A DNA stretch of 64,000 bases, from NCBI GenBank assembly GCA_024679065.1, contig JAGIQG010000008.1, forward strand, positions 30,442,001 to 30,506,000, written 5' to 3'. This document shows positions 49,121 to 63,135 of this stretch, piece by piece. The DNA comes from Sphyrna mokarran (taxonomy: Eukaryota). Position 1 is the stretch's first letter. Every line of letters begins with the position of its first letter. Position numbers and translations under genes: made by a program. The notes under the pieces are model-generated. The model did no database searches and was not told where the DNA came from. It was given only the letters and a program-made list of their open reading frames with translations.

Positions 49121-51739
49121 GGCACAATCCTTGTGCCTGTTATAAAATTTTACTCCAAGAGAAAAGATGTTTCCCATTTTCTCACATTTCGAATTCTACA
49201 ACAGAATCAGGCAAAGTTATATTTTAAAAGATAAACTTCATTTATTAAGATTGGCGTGGTGATGTTATGTTTGCAATGCTTAACTGGTTACAACAGGAAA
49301 CAAGGCAAGATGCAACAAAGCAAGGAATGGGTGATTAACCAACATCAGAAATGCACTATTTGTTATTCCTTAGAAGCTAACAAACTACTTTATTTTCTCT
49401 TCACAAAGCATAGAAAGTAACTTCACCACAGTAAATTTGTGAGTAAAATTTTCAAGCAGTGGTCCATAAAATGTTTTGCAACAGAGAATGGAGCAATGTG
49501 AATCACAGCTGACAATGCAAGTCTCAGCCTTAGTTCCTAATTGGAAATGATAGTGCACATTCATAGAGTGTGCTCTGCATCAGCAAGCCTGTCACTAACT
49601 GGCTTCAATTATATGTTTCCCTTTGTCCATTTCTCAGTTGTCTTTGCCCCCTACCTCTGCTACCAACAGGTGAGGAACAATTTGTGTGTCTCAATGTTGC
49701 TAAAATTCAACTATTTAATGAACCATCACCCTGTCAAATCTTGAGAATGCTCAGTCGAGATCATTACTACTTAGTGGGAAAGCTTCTGGCAAAAGGTAAT
49801 AAGATTTTGTGAGATGGTTTGCTGCAATATTAATAAGTTTTTGCACTTATTCGCTTGTTACTGAAAACCCCTGTAGAGATGTATTATGAATAGCAGCAGT
49901 GGAAGGGCAAAATGTTTTAGATTTTGCTATTACATTTATTTAAGTCGAAAGGCACATTGCAAATGGAAAACAAAAAGAAAGAAATACATAACATGTCTAT
50001 TATATCAGATAGGAGAAAAAACAAGTCAGTCAGGACCCTTCTATCTGAAGCTAGGGATATGAATAAAATATTCTCTTTTCATATACGTTGATGTAAACTA
50101 ATTTTGGATTAGTAAGAGCGAGCCAGGTAACCAATTTAATTATGGCACAAGTATGTGAACAATTTTCAGTTTTTCCAATGACTCCATTCTGAGATTGTAG
50201 AATAAAAGATGCTTGTTTTTACGGTGACTGTGCCCTCTGTCAAACTGCTTGTTGTAAAAGTGTGTTACTATAGATCACCTTTCTTCTATTTTGAGGGAGA
50301 GGAAAACAGAAGAGTTGTGCTGTGTTTTTAATCAAAAGATCATCATCCATGTTTTGACTCCATTGGCATTGTCACAATGTAGATTTGAGATATATTTTCC
50401 TAAATATTGTACCCTTTAAATGCTGGAAATGGAATTGAGCCTAACTTCTTAAGGGGAAGTGTTATATAGCAGATGCTGCTCAATATCCTTACCTGCAGGA
50501 ACAGTACTTGTCTCAACAGCTTTAGCTCATTATACATCGGGCATTGCGGAAAACTCTGCTAGTTCACCAATTCTTGATCAGTGTTGCAGTTCAGTAAATG
50601 GAATATATAATTTAATTGTTTTCTGTGTCCATTTATTTAATTAAGTGCAGATTAATGTGGCCCAGGAGATAATCCTTTCAAATGGCACAATGCCAGAAGA
50701 TGAACATTAACCTGTCTTTTTTAAACAGGTGAAGATTTGCTCCCTCTATCTCAGTTCAGTTCTTGCCAACACATTACGGTTACTAATATTATCCAGTAAA
50801 CACTTTGTTGAATTAAAATATATAGCAAACTCCTTACATTACTTGTAAAACATTTAAAGTTTACTTATTAGCGTCACAAGTAGATCTACAGTACAACACT
50901 GCAGTTAAGTTACTAAGAAAATCCCCTAGTCACCACACTCTGGTGCCTTTAAGTTACACCGAGCAATTAATATCCATGAGATAATGCTGGACACATGAAG
51001 CCTGACAGTAATAATGCAGCATTTTTTGTTTCCAAATTCAAGATTTGTAAGAAGTCAGATCAATCTCAGAATACAAAATTGAAGGCTGGATTTTCCTGCA
51101 AACAATGGATGTGATTCTACAAAAAAATTCTAAGTGCCAAACAAGTGAGAAAATGGGAGAGAAACACAGATTTTTTTCAGTGAACTGAGAGTAACAATCT
51201 TAAGGCACTTAATGCAAAAAGAAATTCTTGCCAGCAGAGCTAGAGCTGCCAAGGAAGCAGGCTGCTGACCTCTTGGGGCGCCGTTGTGCAGGCACCTATA
51301 TTGGGAAATCTCCTGCGATTACCCCCTCCACCCCTAGATATCACAATCCCTCTTCTCCACAACATGCCAATCACCCTAGTGCTGATCTCTCCCCTCAACC
51401 ATCCCACAGACATGGGGACTGCCCCCAAACCCCATCCCCCACCATCCCCTGTAATGGTCTACATGCCCTCTGCCAATCACCCCAACTGCAGAGTTCCCTC
51501 CCAGCCTGAGCACCACTTTTGTAGAGATCCCTCCCTATCCAATCCCACCCATCCCTTCCCTTCCCACTCCTACCTCGATTAGGATCCACTACAACACAGG
51601 CCTCATCCCTTTGGCGCTGCCCAGGCACAGTTATAGTACCTGATGGGCAGTTTCAGGGTACCCAGTCAACAGTGCAAAGTGCCAGGACACCAGGTAGAAT
51701 GGCACTGCTCCATGAACACTGCTTGGTACTCCGCCAGCT

Positions 51740-52476
51740 GTGATGTCGATGTTGGACCGGAGATGCCGGCGTTGGACTGGAGTAAACACCGTAAAAAGTC
51801 TCACAACACCAGCTTAAAGTCCAACTAATTTATTTGGTAGTAAATTCACCAGCTTTTGGGGTTTGCCCCTTTGTCAAATGAATGGAGAGTTCTGGCTCGG
51901 ACAGAACATGTACAGCACATACAGTTTACAGATTACTGATTAGAACGCGAGTCTTTCCAACTAACCTGCTATTCAAGTCTTAAAGATGCCGACAATGTGA
52001 GTGGAAAGAGCATTGGGCATAGGTTAAAAAGATGTGTATTGTCTCCAGACAGTACAGTAAGTGAGATTTTGCAAACTCAGGCAAGTCATGGGGTTACGGA
52101 TAGTGTGACAAGAACCCAATATCCTGGTTGAGACATCCTCATGGGTTCTTGTCACACTATCTGTAACCTCCATGGCTTGCCTGGGTTTGCAAAACCTCAC
52201 TTATTGTACTGTCTGGACACAATACACATCTCTTAATACTATGCAAAATGCTCTTTTCATTCACATTGTCTGCATCTTTAAGACTTGAATAGCAGGTTAG
52301 TTGTAAAGACTTGTATTCTATTCAATAATCTGTAAACTGTGTGTACTGTTACATGCTCTGTCTGAGGCCAGAGCTCTCCATCCACCTGACAAAGGGACAA
52401 ACCCCGAAAGCTTGTAAATTTACTATCAAATAAATTGGTTGGCCTTTAAGCTGGTATTGTGAGACTTCTTACTGTG
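51740..52476. mobile_element. Penelope-like element forming a ~330-bp inverted repeat
   Basis: Arms ~51787-52118 and 52142-52476; each arm carries a hammerhead remnant and the GF.SHY C-terminus; tail agatgccggcgttggactgg on the left. Confidence 0.85.
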
Positions 52477-53093
52477 GTTCCCCCAACTACCCAGGGGCTT
52501 CAATGGTCTCTGACCCCCTAATAATGGTCTCCACTGCTAGAGACTAGCTGTGATTCATTGAATGAAAAGCTCAACCATCGAGCAGTTAAGGTCAAGCGAG
52601 CCTGGATGATAGGATCTGGACAGACTAATGACATGCAAATGGTGATATATAAATCATGTCATTAATAAAGTTGGCTTTGCACCCTATCTGGGATTTTGCC
52701 AGCAAAACAGGACCAGTGTGATCAGGGGAGGTGAGAAACTCTCACTTGATCTTACCACCTCACTGAACAATGAGTGGGGTGAGGTCATAAGATCGCACCC
52801 TACATCATTCTATTTTTTTCTATGATAATGGAAAAAAATAGAATGGAAATTAGTGCACATTAGTTTATTTTCAGAACAAAATGCGTATTTTTGTCAAAGC
52901 CAAAAGCAACATAGGTTAAACTACAATTGAGAACAGCAGATGAATAATTAAGTTGAATGACATTTCTCTGCCTGTTATCTGTCATTTATTTTCAGTAATT
53001 TCATCCTTCTGACAGAGGAATGTCACACAAAAGGATTCATTTACTGCTATTAGCAATAGCAACTTGTAGTCTTGTGTGGCTGAAAGTACTTAC

Positions 53094-53190
53094 AATGCAT
53101 AGCAAGTTGAATCGCAATGATACAAGATAACGTGGGGTACGACCCCTAGAATTCTACCCTCGTAGTAGCTCACCCACATCCCTCCCCAAA
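53094..53190 (-). other. Candidate cassette (poison) exon in the FAR intron upstream of exon 3
   Basis: gaACTAACctttttttgtAG| 97 nt |GTAAGT; 4 CpGs; not recognisably repeat-derived. Confidence 0.4.
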
Positions 53191-56104
53191 CTACAAAAAA
53201 AGGTTAGTTCATTATTTAAAATAATTAAATCAACATGTCCTGAACACATTTTAAATCCTCAGGGCTTTTTTGCTTGACATGAGTTAGGAAAGAGAATATA
53301 TGTGAGAGTGAGCTAATTCTGTCTGTAGAACACACTGGGACCTGGGGTCAAGTAGGTGTGTGCTGTAAGAGATTTCAACTGATGGGCTAATAGGATGTAT
53401 CTGGGTTAAGATTTACAGAATCCTGCAAAACTATACAACGCCCACACAAATAATTCCAACCCTATTAATGCAACTCTGCTTTCTGCAACTGCAGCAGAAC
53501 TTTACCATAAGGAATTGGTTCCAAAGCTCAAATCTGTAAAATTACAGGTTCGAGAGAGGAGTCTAATGGCAGCTGGTGCTGTGCCAATTCCATTTGGTTG
53601 TGCCACTCCATTCTAAAGCAAATTCTAAAAGAGCAATCACTTTGTTTTTGGAGAATGTGTTGTGTTTACCATGTGTGCTGCAGTCAATGCACAGACAAAA
53701 ATATTACTAAAATATTCAGCTATAGGTAGCAGTGTTGTGTGAACAAACTGTAGCTGATACTTCCACTACCAAGCTAATCTACCTGTCAAGGAGCAATTTA
53801 ATCACGCCCCTTTTCCCAAGCTGCTAGCTGCACATATTATAAATTACTGAAGTGCTGTAATCCAATTTTAACCTTGCCGCGTAGTATTTATGATTAGGTA
53901 AATTGAACTCAGCAGAAAATGGTACGGACAGGATTCTTATGCATTTCTGATTCAAATTGATTTTGGCTTTTAACAAGTTGGCAGAATTAGATCCTCTCCC
54001 ATTCATAAAATACAGTGGTGGAATTTTAATTTCGGGTGAGAAAACAGGTGCAAACTGGCGTAAATCAGATTGCAACAGTCCCACACTTAGTCATCTTTTG
54101 GGAGGTAAGGTGCACACTGGCACTGAGACGGGTGGGACCTAAATACACTGGTCTGCCCGGATATTCAGGGCACCCCAATCTCAAATTTAAATTGTGGACC
54201 TCCCTCCCCCCGGACATCAACGACACTTCCCATCTGCCTGCACACCAATCATTGAAGGGATCTTTCTCCACTCCCAGCACCAATGGAGATCACCGCACTG
54301 TGGCCTTCCTAATTGGTTCCCCTTCATGACCTTCTGCATTAAAACCCGCCTTTCAGGCTCCACCCTCCTCATGTCTCAGCCCCTTAGCACTTTCAGCTGC
54401 ACCTAGTGCACTCAGCTGTACCCAGAATACAGATGTTTCCAGTGCGCTCAGCTAGGTTTGAATATCACGTAGAGTTAATGTTATTGGCTGTAATTTGGTT
54501 TCCGTGATGGCTGGGACTCAGCTGGAGGCCGAGGTGGATAATTCACCTGGTACTTCTAGCTAAATCAGTTTGCAAAACCATCAACCTTGCCTTTTGCACT
54601 CACATGCTGGGATGCAGGTTAAAGGTGTAGGTATTGATGGAGTGTACCCTTCCCCACCAATTGTTTAACTGTCCACCATCTTTCATAACTAGATGTGTCA
54701 GGGCTACAGAGACTTGTTCCAATCCATACTACATGGCGTGACTTTGTCCAATGTATGCATCCACTATTTGTAGCATCATCAGGCTGACACTTCAATTTTA
54801 GATGTCCCTCATGTACTGCCTCTGACCTACTTTCTACATTCTTCATTGAACCAAGGTTCAGCGGCTGGTGATAACGGTAGAATAAGGGATATATCAGGAC
54901 ATGAGGTGATAGACTGTGAAACAATTCTGGGGACTGTTAATGACCCACAATGCCTCATGGATATCAGTTTTTTTTCTCTGCTAGGATCTGTTCTGAATCT
55001 ATTTTATTTGTTTTGGGGTAACAATCTTCTTTCTTTTAACCATTTTGAGTCAAATGAATTCCCAAAACATCCCTAATTCTGTTAGTCTATGTGCTTTCCC
55101 AGAGTTAAGGGAAGGTTCAATTGCAACAAATAAGTTGCTCTTGTTTGAAGTATTGTCAGGGAAACGGGGCACAGCTCAATCACACAAGTTTCCTTAAGGG
55201 TACAGTCTCAAGGTTGCGGAGATTGGCAAAAGGGGAAGTCCGTTGTGCTCCTTTACAGATTCTTTTGTCCTGCTGCTTTCCAAAAAGCAGTTATATTGTT
55301 CTTCAAGCAATGACTCATTCGCTGGCATCATTTTTGTTGTCGTCTGCATTTTTAACCAAGTCAGTGCTCAGATCTTTTTGAAATACAGTGTTACTTTTCA
55401 TAAAGCTACAAATGAATGTCGAATGTTCAACATCATGAAGCAACTTGTCAAATAAAAGTGGGAATACTGAATATTTCTTCTTTTTCTTCCCCTAAATGTT
55501 TGCTTTTGCAATCCTTAAGTTTATTTCATCCCTCAGCTCTCAGTTCATAATAACATTTAGTCTGCATCTCCTTGAAAAGCATTCCTTTTGCCAGACTAAT
55601 ATATTAAATATGAAGCAAGCATGCAGTATATTTTCATCTGAACTGTTGTGGGCATTATGGGAGATTGGTGGGAAATGGACCTCATAACAGGAACTGAACT
55701 CATCTTCCTGATCTTCCTGCCATGAGATTAATGGAAACACAATTTGGCATATTTTATAACAAGCCTGTAACCCACACCACTGAGCTTTCCTCTTTGCAAA
55801 CAGTCGCTAATTAATTAGTGCCCAAATTATAAAGTCGCATACCTTACCTCTTTACAACAATGAAATATTTTTGCAAACGAATGCTGGAAAGGCATAACAA
55901 AGGCCTAATTTGGCTAGAGCTAAATACCACATCAGTCCAAGTTTATATGCCACAGCTTTGGCTTCATGTCAAAGCTATTACAGTCTTAAATCCTAAGGGA
56001 TACCCACAGTGCAAACTTTATTTGCCACAGATTTGCTGTGCGAAGCTTAGAAATCCCAATTTAAGAAATAATTACAATAATAAAAATTGATACAGGTAAG
56101 TGAT

Positions 56105-56645
56105 CAGAGTCGTAAGGGTTTACAACAATGGAAACAGATCTTTCTGTCCAACTTGTCCATGCTGCCCAGTTTTCATCATTAAGCTATTCCCAATTGTCCA
56201 CATTTGGCGCATATCCCTCTATACCCATCTTAACCATGTAACTGTCTAAATGTCTTTTAAAAGACAAAATTGTACCCACCTTTACTACAACCTCTGGCAG
56301 ATCGTTCCAGACACTCACCATCCTCAGTGTGAAAAAAAATTGTCCTTTTGTATCTCTTCCCTTTCACCTTAAACCTATGCCCCCTAGTTTTAGGCTCCAC
56401 TACTTTTGGGAAAAGGTGTGACTATCTACTTTATCTATGCCTCTCACGACTTTATAGACCTCAATAAGATCACCCTAAGCCTCCTACACTCCAGGGAAAA
56501 AGTTCCAGTTTATCCAGTCTCTCCTCATAACTTAAACCATCACATCCAGGTAGCATCTGAGTAAATCGTTTCTGCACTCTTTCTAATTTAATAATATCCT
56601 TTTTATAGTAGGGTGGCCAAAACTGTATACAGTATTCCAATTGAG
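56105..56645 (-). mobile_element. CR1 LINE 3' fragment
   Basis: LEYCIQFWPPYYKKDIIKLERVQKRFTQMLPG...LSYEERLDKLELF. Confidence 0.85.
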
Positions 56646-58359
56646 GCAATGAGGCAGTTAATATCATGAACTGTTAACAGTTCAGCCTTAGGAGGTCACC
56701 TTAATCCCTCAATGAATCATTGCCTAGTAGACATTCTCATTATTATTATAAGATGAAAACATGCGAATTAGGAGAAGACAATCACTCAGCCCTTCGAGCC
56801 TGCTCCACCTTCAAAAAGATCATGGTTGATTTGGTTGTAATCTCAGCTCTATATCCCTGCCTACCCCGATAACCTTTCATCCATTCATATTATATACTGG
56901 ACGCAATTCTCTGGCCATTCACGCCAGAGAATACAATGTCAGTGGGATTCTCCAGTCCCGCTGGAGTGAACGGAGATTTGGCTGAGCACCGAATTCTCTG
57001 TCCTTACTTGTAGCTGTGGTGGGGTTTGAATAGCTGGAAAATTCTGGGCATTAAATGGTCTATATTCGTGGAGTCAATTTGTTCCATTCTCTATTTTTCC
57101 AGTGTGGAGAATCAAGTCAGGCAGTGGCAGCCAGAACACTTAGGAGCAGATTTTCCTCTTTTGCATTTAGACATAACACAATTTTCAAGTTGGAACATAA
57201 ACCAGTAAGCCAGGCAGGAAGGATTGCATGCCTGTGATGTGCATGAAACACTCTTTCACAATTCCCCTCCATGAGCTATCCTTGCTGACTTATGCCCAAA
57301 TGAAAGAGAAGAAACTTGTCAATTAGGGCATTAGCTTTAAGTAGCTTGCAAGCATATAGAAAAACAACATGCAACATGGACTACTTAGAACTAATCCACT
57401 ATTAAAATAAAGGTAATCTGATCAGGACTATGTATTCTAAACTTCAAAACTGGGATCAAATGGTAAATTTAACAGTTTTCTCACCCCTTTATTACAGTAC
57501 CAGTTCTTCAAGTTGTGCTTCTTTCAATTTCAATTTATTTACTAGGTATTAATGAAATTACCATTACATCCTCCAGACTATCTGCACTTTTTATAACAAG
57601 GAATATAAAAGCAGGGAGGTTATGACGGAGCTGTATAAAATGGTCATTATGCAGCAGCAAGAGTACTGTGTGTAGTGGCCTAATGAATATCCTGTGCAGG
57701 GTCAACACCAGGGCATCTTGGTTCCCCCCCACCTCAGTCTTCTCTTCTCTAAGGGATACAACATCAGCCTAAGCTATTCCTCTTCACAGCTGAAACACTC
57801 CAGCCCTGGCGACATCCTGGTGAATAACTTGCCTGAGAATCAGTCACTATATATCAGTCATTATATATCAAAAGTAATTAACTTTTGAGATGCTTTGATG
57901 TACCAACCTAGTGTATCAACACATTTATTAAAATTACGACCATCTCACCAAACAAATATCCATAATACGATTGAAAATCAAACATGCAGCATGGATTTGA
58001 GTATCTTAGAATGTTCATATAGTAAAAGGCAAATTTTCAGCCCAATGTACCTGTTAATTGCTCAATGTATATACTCTGCACCCAAGTTCTGGCCCATCTT
58101 CTGTTTTCTAAGTTTTTGTCTGATTACATTTTAAACATGAACAAGCTTCAATAATTGTTGTGGTAATGAATTACATATTCTAATAATGCTTTATATTTGT
58201 AAAAAAAAAGACCTTCTTAATATGGCAGCATTAATTCTAAATTTATGTCACTTTGCCCCTTTAGCAATGATTCACTCACTGTGAAAATAATCTTTCACTA
58301 TTTACCCTTCTTTACTCTTTAATAATCTTCAACACTTCAAGGACAGCATGGTGGTACAG

Positions 58360-58625
58360 GGGTGGCACAGTAGTTAGTACTGTTGCCTCCCAACACCAGA
58401 GATCCCAGCTTGGGTCACTATGTGGTGTTTGCACATTCTCTCTGTGTCTGCAAGGGTTTCCTTCAGGTGATCTGGTTTCCTCCCACAGTCTAAAGATGTG
58501 CAGGTTAAATGGATTGGCCATGCTAAATTCTCCCTCAGGATACCTGAACCGGAGTGTGGCAGCTTCATTGCAGTGAGAATGTAAGCCTACTAGTGACACT
58601 AATAAACTTTTACTTTAACTTTACT
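58360..58625 (+). mobile_element. V-SINE with type-2 tail
   Basis: Head, V-core, ccggagtgtggc...aatgtaagcctactagtgacactaataaacttttactttaacttt. Confidence 0.8.
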
Positions 58626-60224
58626 TCTGTTCTCCTTAACCTGTGCTGCATCAGGCAATCCTGCCTTTGCTTTTCAAGGCATTTATATTCTTTCATCCTT
58701 GATATTATCTCAGTCAGTCTATTTTACATTTTTACCAGGGTTCCAAACATAGCTGACACAACATTGTAGACAGCAACAGTTGGGACCTAATCAATATCCT
58801 GTGCAGAGTCAACAGCACTGCCTTCTTTTAAGGCTCCATGCCATTACGAGACTGACAGACTCGGGGGAGGGTAAAAATTGTTCTTTGACGGTGACTCAAG
58901 CTGGGTGACAATGAATCCACAATTTGTTTTACGGTGCAGACTGATCTACTTCCCTATCGACTTCAATAGGGAGCAGAACAGGCAGAGTGTAAAATGAGCA
59001 ACCGATTTTGCGCCATTGACCATTTTGCGCTATCAGAAAGGATGGCTCGCATCTCCTGCTTTCCAGATTAAAGCTATTTGAGAAAGAATCCTGCAAAGAC
59101 CATTTTAAATGGAAAACCACTACATTTGGTGATGCTAGCCTGAAAATCACCAAAATACTAGTGAGAGGCGAGGCTAACAATGAGTGACAAAGTATCGTAA
59201 TGTGCTTGGAATAATTTCCTCCGTCTGCTATTTTAAACAGAGGCATACATATTTTCAAAATAAACAGGAGCATAATAGATTTAAAATAAATGAGTGAGCA
59301 GCACTGTTAAAATAGTGGAGTGATAAAATTGAGATAAGCACATTGAATTATCCAGGCAATAATTTGCTAGCAAAAAAAAAGGGGCAAACATTTCACACTA
59401 GGCTCTTTACAGACTGGCTCCCATAAGGTTACATTGGTATATAGGAGGTTATTTGTTTATGCAACGTAATTTTTAAAAAAATTGGGTGAATTACATTACA
59501 AATTTCAAAGTAGGAGTCACTGGGTGGGATTTTCCAGCTGCACTTGCCCAGGACTGGAAAAGCCTGCCCAAGATCAATAAATTGTGGCACGGCTCCTGCC
59601 CTGCCTGCCACGATTCCCATGAACAAGAAAATTCTGGTAATTATGTCACCATTACTTTAGCAACAAAGAATGATCTTAAATAAAAAGATCAGAAATATCA
59701 ACTTCCCTTTGCACGTTTCTAAACAGACCTATCAATATTTAAGCTGGTGCCAAACTCATACGGCTCACAGAAATGTCATAACATTTGGTGAAACTATAAA
59801 TTTTTGATCAAGAAAAATACATCATTTTGAAGTAAATCTATTCAAAGCAACTAGAATCTGGCATATATTCAAGCTGAGGAAAGTTTAGCAGTAGGATTAT
59901 TGATTCGCCAATGGTCATCCTAAACAGTGTCATTAGACTAATTTATGCACTTTCTGCTAGAATTTCAATTGTACCACATATCATAAACCCAGATGATTTC
60001 AGATTTCTTTTCATTTTCATAATATCTCAGTACTAACAAACTGAATCACTTCTTAATCCATTGGAATGGAATCTCTGATCCAGTGGGATACTTAAATGTA
60101 CTCATTCATGCAAAATACTTTTCACAAGTCCTATCAACAATGTTCAGGTCACTTAATATTTCAGGCTGGAACTTAATAGTCTCCATTACTTTGTTACAAA
60201 AATATTCCAAGTTGTTAAGTTCTT

Positions 60225-60390
60225 GAATATATTCAAGAGGTGGCTGGATATAGCACTTCGGGCGAAAGGAATCAAAGGTTATGGGGAAAAAGCAGGACTA
60301 AGCAATTGAGTTGGGCAATCAGCCATGATCATGATGAGTAGCAGAACAGGCTCGAAGGGCCAAATGGCCTGCTCATATCTTCTATGCTTC
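60225..60390 (+). mobile_element. CR1 LINE 3' fragment
   Basis: aatcaaaggttatggggaaaaagcagg...atcagccatgatc...ggctcgaagggccaaatggcctgctc. Confidence 0.75.
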
Positions 60391-60884
60391 TCATACAAAG
60401 TTGATGTTAGTTAATGTTAGACACAAAAAAAAATTAAGAAAAGCTAAACTAGACAGAAACAGCCATTAAGGGAGGGATGAGTATTTTCTTGGAAAGAAAT
60501 AAAATAGAAGTGTCCATAATGATATTATTCAAAGTGAGAAATGGAATGTCATAATATAACTCTTGAAAGTGTAATTATTTTAAGTGCTGCGATGCTTTCA
60601 TAGATATTATTGTGAAAGGTTTTTTATCACTTGCAAATGTAATGGTCAAGGTTTTATAGCAAGGCTAATGGCATTCTGCGTTATTTATAAGCAAATGCAA
60701 CAACTTTGGGTGAGTGGCAAATGAGTTGATCAAATCAAGTAAACCAATGTTACTGTATGAGTTGTATCACCCTGCTATTAGCTTTGCAAAAGCAGCAACC
60801 TCTCTGTCTGCCTCATCATTAAAATATACCAGATGTTGCATTCCTGTAATAGCTTACTTCAGAAAGTTTACATTTGTTTTGTTT

Positions 60885-61255
60885 TTAATTAGTCCATGGG
60901 ATGCGGGTGTCGCTGGCTGGCGTAGCATTTATTGCCCATCCTTAGTTAACCTTGAACTGAGTGGTTTGCGAGATCATTTAAAAATCAACCACATTGTTAT
61001 GGGTCTGGAGTCACATGTAGGTCAGACCAGGTAAGGACAGCAGATTTCCTTCCCTAAAGGACATCAGTGAACCCGATGGGTTTTTTATGACAATTGACAA
61101 TGGTCATCATTAGGCTTCTATTTCCAGATTTTTATTAAATTCAATTCAAATTTCACTATTTACCATGGTGGGATTCAATCCCAGAACCCCTGAGCATTTC
61201 ACTGGGTCTCTGGATTATTAGTCCAGTGACAATGCCACTACACTATTGCCTCTCC
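60885..61255 (-). mobile_element. tRNA-derived SINE with LINE-type tail
   Basis: Same family as 20750-21088 (shared aatcaaccacattg, ggagtcacat, aaggacat blocks). Confidence 0.75.
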
Positions 61256-62014
61256 TTTCATTCTGAAATTGTGATAAATTTAATTACTGCCAATTAATCT
61301 TTCTTGTACTGAAAATGAATAATTATAAATTAACTGTTTTATTCTCAGTTTAATTGTTGAGCTATTAAAATAAAAGTAAAATTTGAAATTAATCTTAAAA
61401 CTTTTATTTTTGGTTGCTTTTCCTCAACTAAATCAATTTTTTTTCTCTCTCTTTCTCCAAGTGTTGTGACAGTGAATCTGCCCACTCTAACTTCCATCTC
61501 CTTCTCAGGACTTGTACTGTTCTTTTCACTTGTTCAGTCTTATTGGCTAAACAGATACACAGTTTCTTATCCTGTTCGCCAGGTTTCCTTGCTGCTATGT
61601 TACCATCTCATGCTTTAGTAACTTGGCACATTGTATAAAAATCTTATGACACAAAGTTGAGTCAAAGAAAGGCAGATATCATTACATGTAGTCACAGCAA
61701 AATCTGGCACAATAAAATGGTCCAAAACTTCCTCAAACTGTGTAACTCACAACTTAGTTGCGTAAAATTTACACTGTTTCTGCAGTAGGTTACTCTGAAA
61801 TTTTTTGAAAATCTTATTAGCATATACCAGGACATGTAAATCAATGTAAAATTAGCAGAAATCAATGTCATGAATGCCTGAGGTGCAGGAGCAGCTAGGA
61901 ATTTCTTTCATATTTGTTCTTTTATACATAAAGATATTTTTCTACGGAGATCAGGCACATCAAGCTTAAGCCATTTTTTGAGATCATTTTTGAAGTGAAC
62001 CAAATTCATCAAAC

Positions 62015-62320
62015 AGTGGCACAGTGGTTAGCTGCCTCACATGCCAGGGACTAGGGTTTGATTCCTGGCTTAGGTCACTCTGTTTGGAGTTTGCACATTC
62101 TCCCTGTGTCAGCATGTGTTTCCTCCTGATGCTCTGCTTTCCTCCCACACTCCAAAGATGTGCAGGTTAGATTGATTGGCCATGATAAATTGAACCTAGT
62201 ATCGGGGGGATTAGCAAGGTAAATATGTGGGGTTATGGGAATAGGGCCTGGGTGGGATTGTGGTTTGTGAGGACTCAACTGGGCTGAATGGCTTCCTTCT
62301 TTACTGTAGAAGTTCTATGA
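62015..62320 (+). mobile_element. HE1/V-SINE-type SINE
   Basis: Head, V-core and CR1 tail ending ttctatga. Confidence 0.85.
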
Positions 62321-63017
62321 AGACCCCATAAGTGTGCCGCAAAAAATATTTTAAATGATTATATGATTCAAAATTCATATAATTAAGCTAAAACCAGCCT
62401 TCGTCTTCAGCTGTGATCGGCATCTCCAAAACCTGATGAATCTTGGGCCTTCCACACGTGCAGCAACTGGGAAAGAGACGCACATTCGTGGCTTAGATTT
62501 TTGCTTACGCAAAAAACAAAAACACAAAAAGGACACAAAAACCCCGGGAGAAGTGAGAGAGACAGGGAGAGATTACAAAAAAAAAAAGCAGGCAAGAGGG
62601 CAAGGAGAAGTTAAAAAGGAAGTTCCCAATAGGGAAGAAGGCAGAGAAAATAAGAAGGGTGCTTCAAAATTTTCTTTTACAGTATAGAGGTGTGTCATGA
62701 CATAGGAAAGATTAAACCAGAGATCCCCTCAACCTAACTTACTGTCAATCAGGTATTTACCTGGCTGGCTCAGTGTCCTCAGCTCAGCGCTGCTAGCAAA
62801 TCTGAGGCCAGTAACTCTCCAGTTTCAGTAACACCACTCTCTGGAGCAATGGCCAATACCAATTCTACATCAAGAACTAAGAACAGGACCATGCCTGAAC
62901 CCTGCAGGAAAGGTTGGTGGCGCAGCATTGCTGGAGCCCAACTTAAAAGGACGGCAATAATCTTCCCTTCTGGATGACCCTTGCCACAGCATGGGTTGCC
63001 CTAGCAAGAGGGAAATA

Positions 63018-63135
63018 CAGTAAGAAATCTGACAACACCAGGTTTAATAGCAAATAAATTGTTTGGACATAAAGCTGGTGTTGTCAGGCTTCTTACTGTG
63101 TTTACCCCTGTCCAACGCTGGCATCTCCACATCAC
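63018..63135 (+). mobile_element. Miniature Penelope-like element (inverted pLTR ends plus tail)
   Basis: TSD agcaagaggga(a/t)ata (63003-63017, 63136-63150); cagtaagaaatctgacaacacca / tggtgttgtcaggcttcttactg; tail tccaacgctggcatctccacatca. Confidence 0.8.

Noticed and set aside
53094-53190. FAR first coding exon (SYYEG resembles EYYEG)
   Set aside because: Lacks the TGATGFxGK Rossmann motif, and has the wrong length and phase
6883-62320. Many 60-130 aa ORFs with KPEHPEETHADTGRMCKLH or GHCLCGVCTFSPCLRGFPP motifs
   Set aside because: Translations of the SINE V-core on either strand, not genes
62395-62490. CpG-containing segment behind a good acceptor (tctctttcccag) on the minus strand
   Set aside because: No convincing donor site found and no homology recognised
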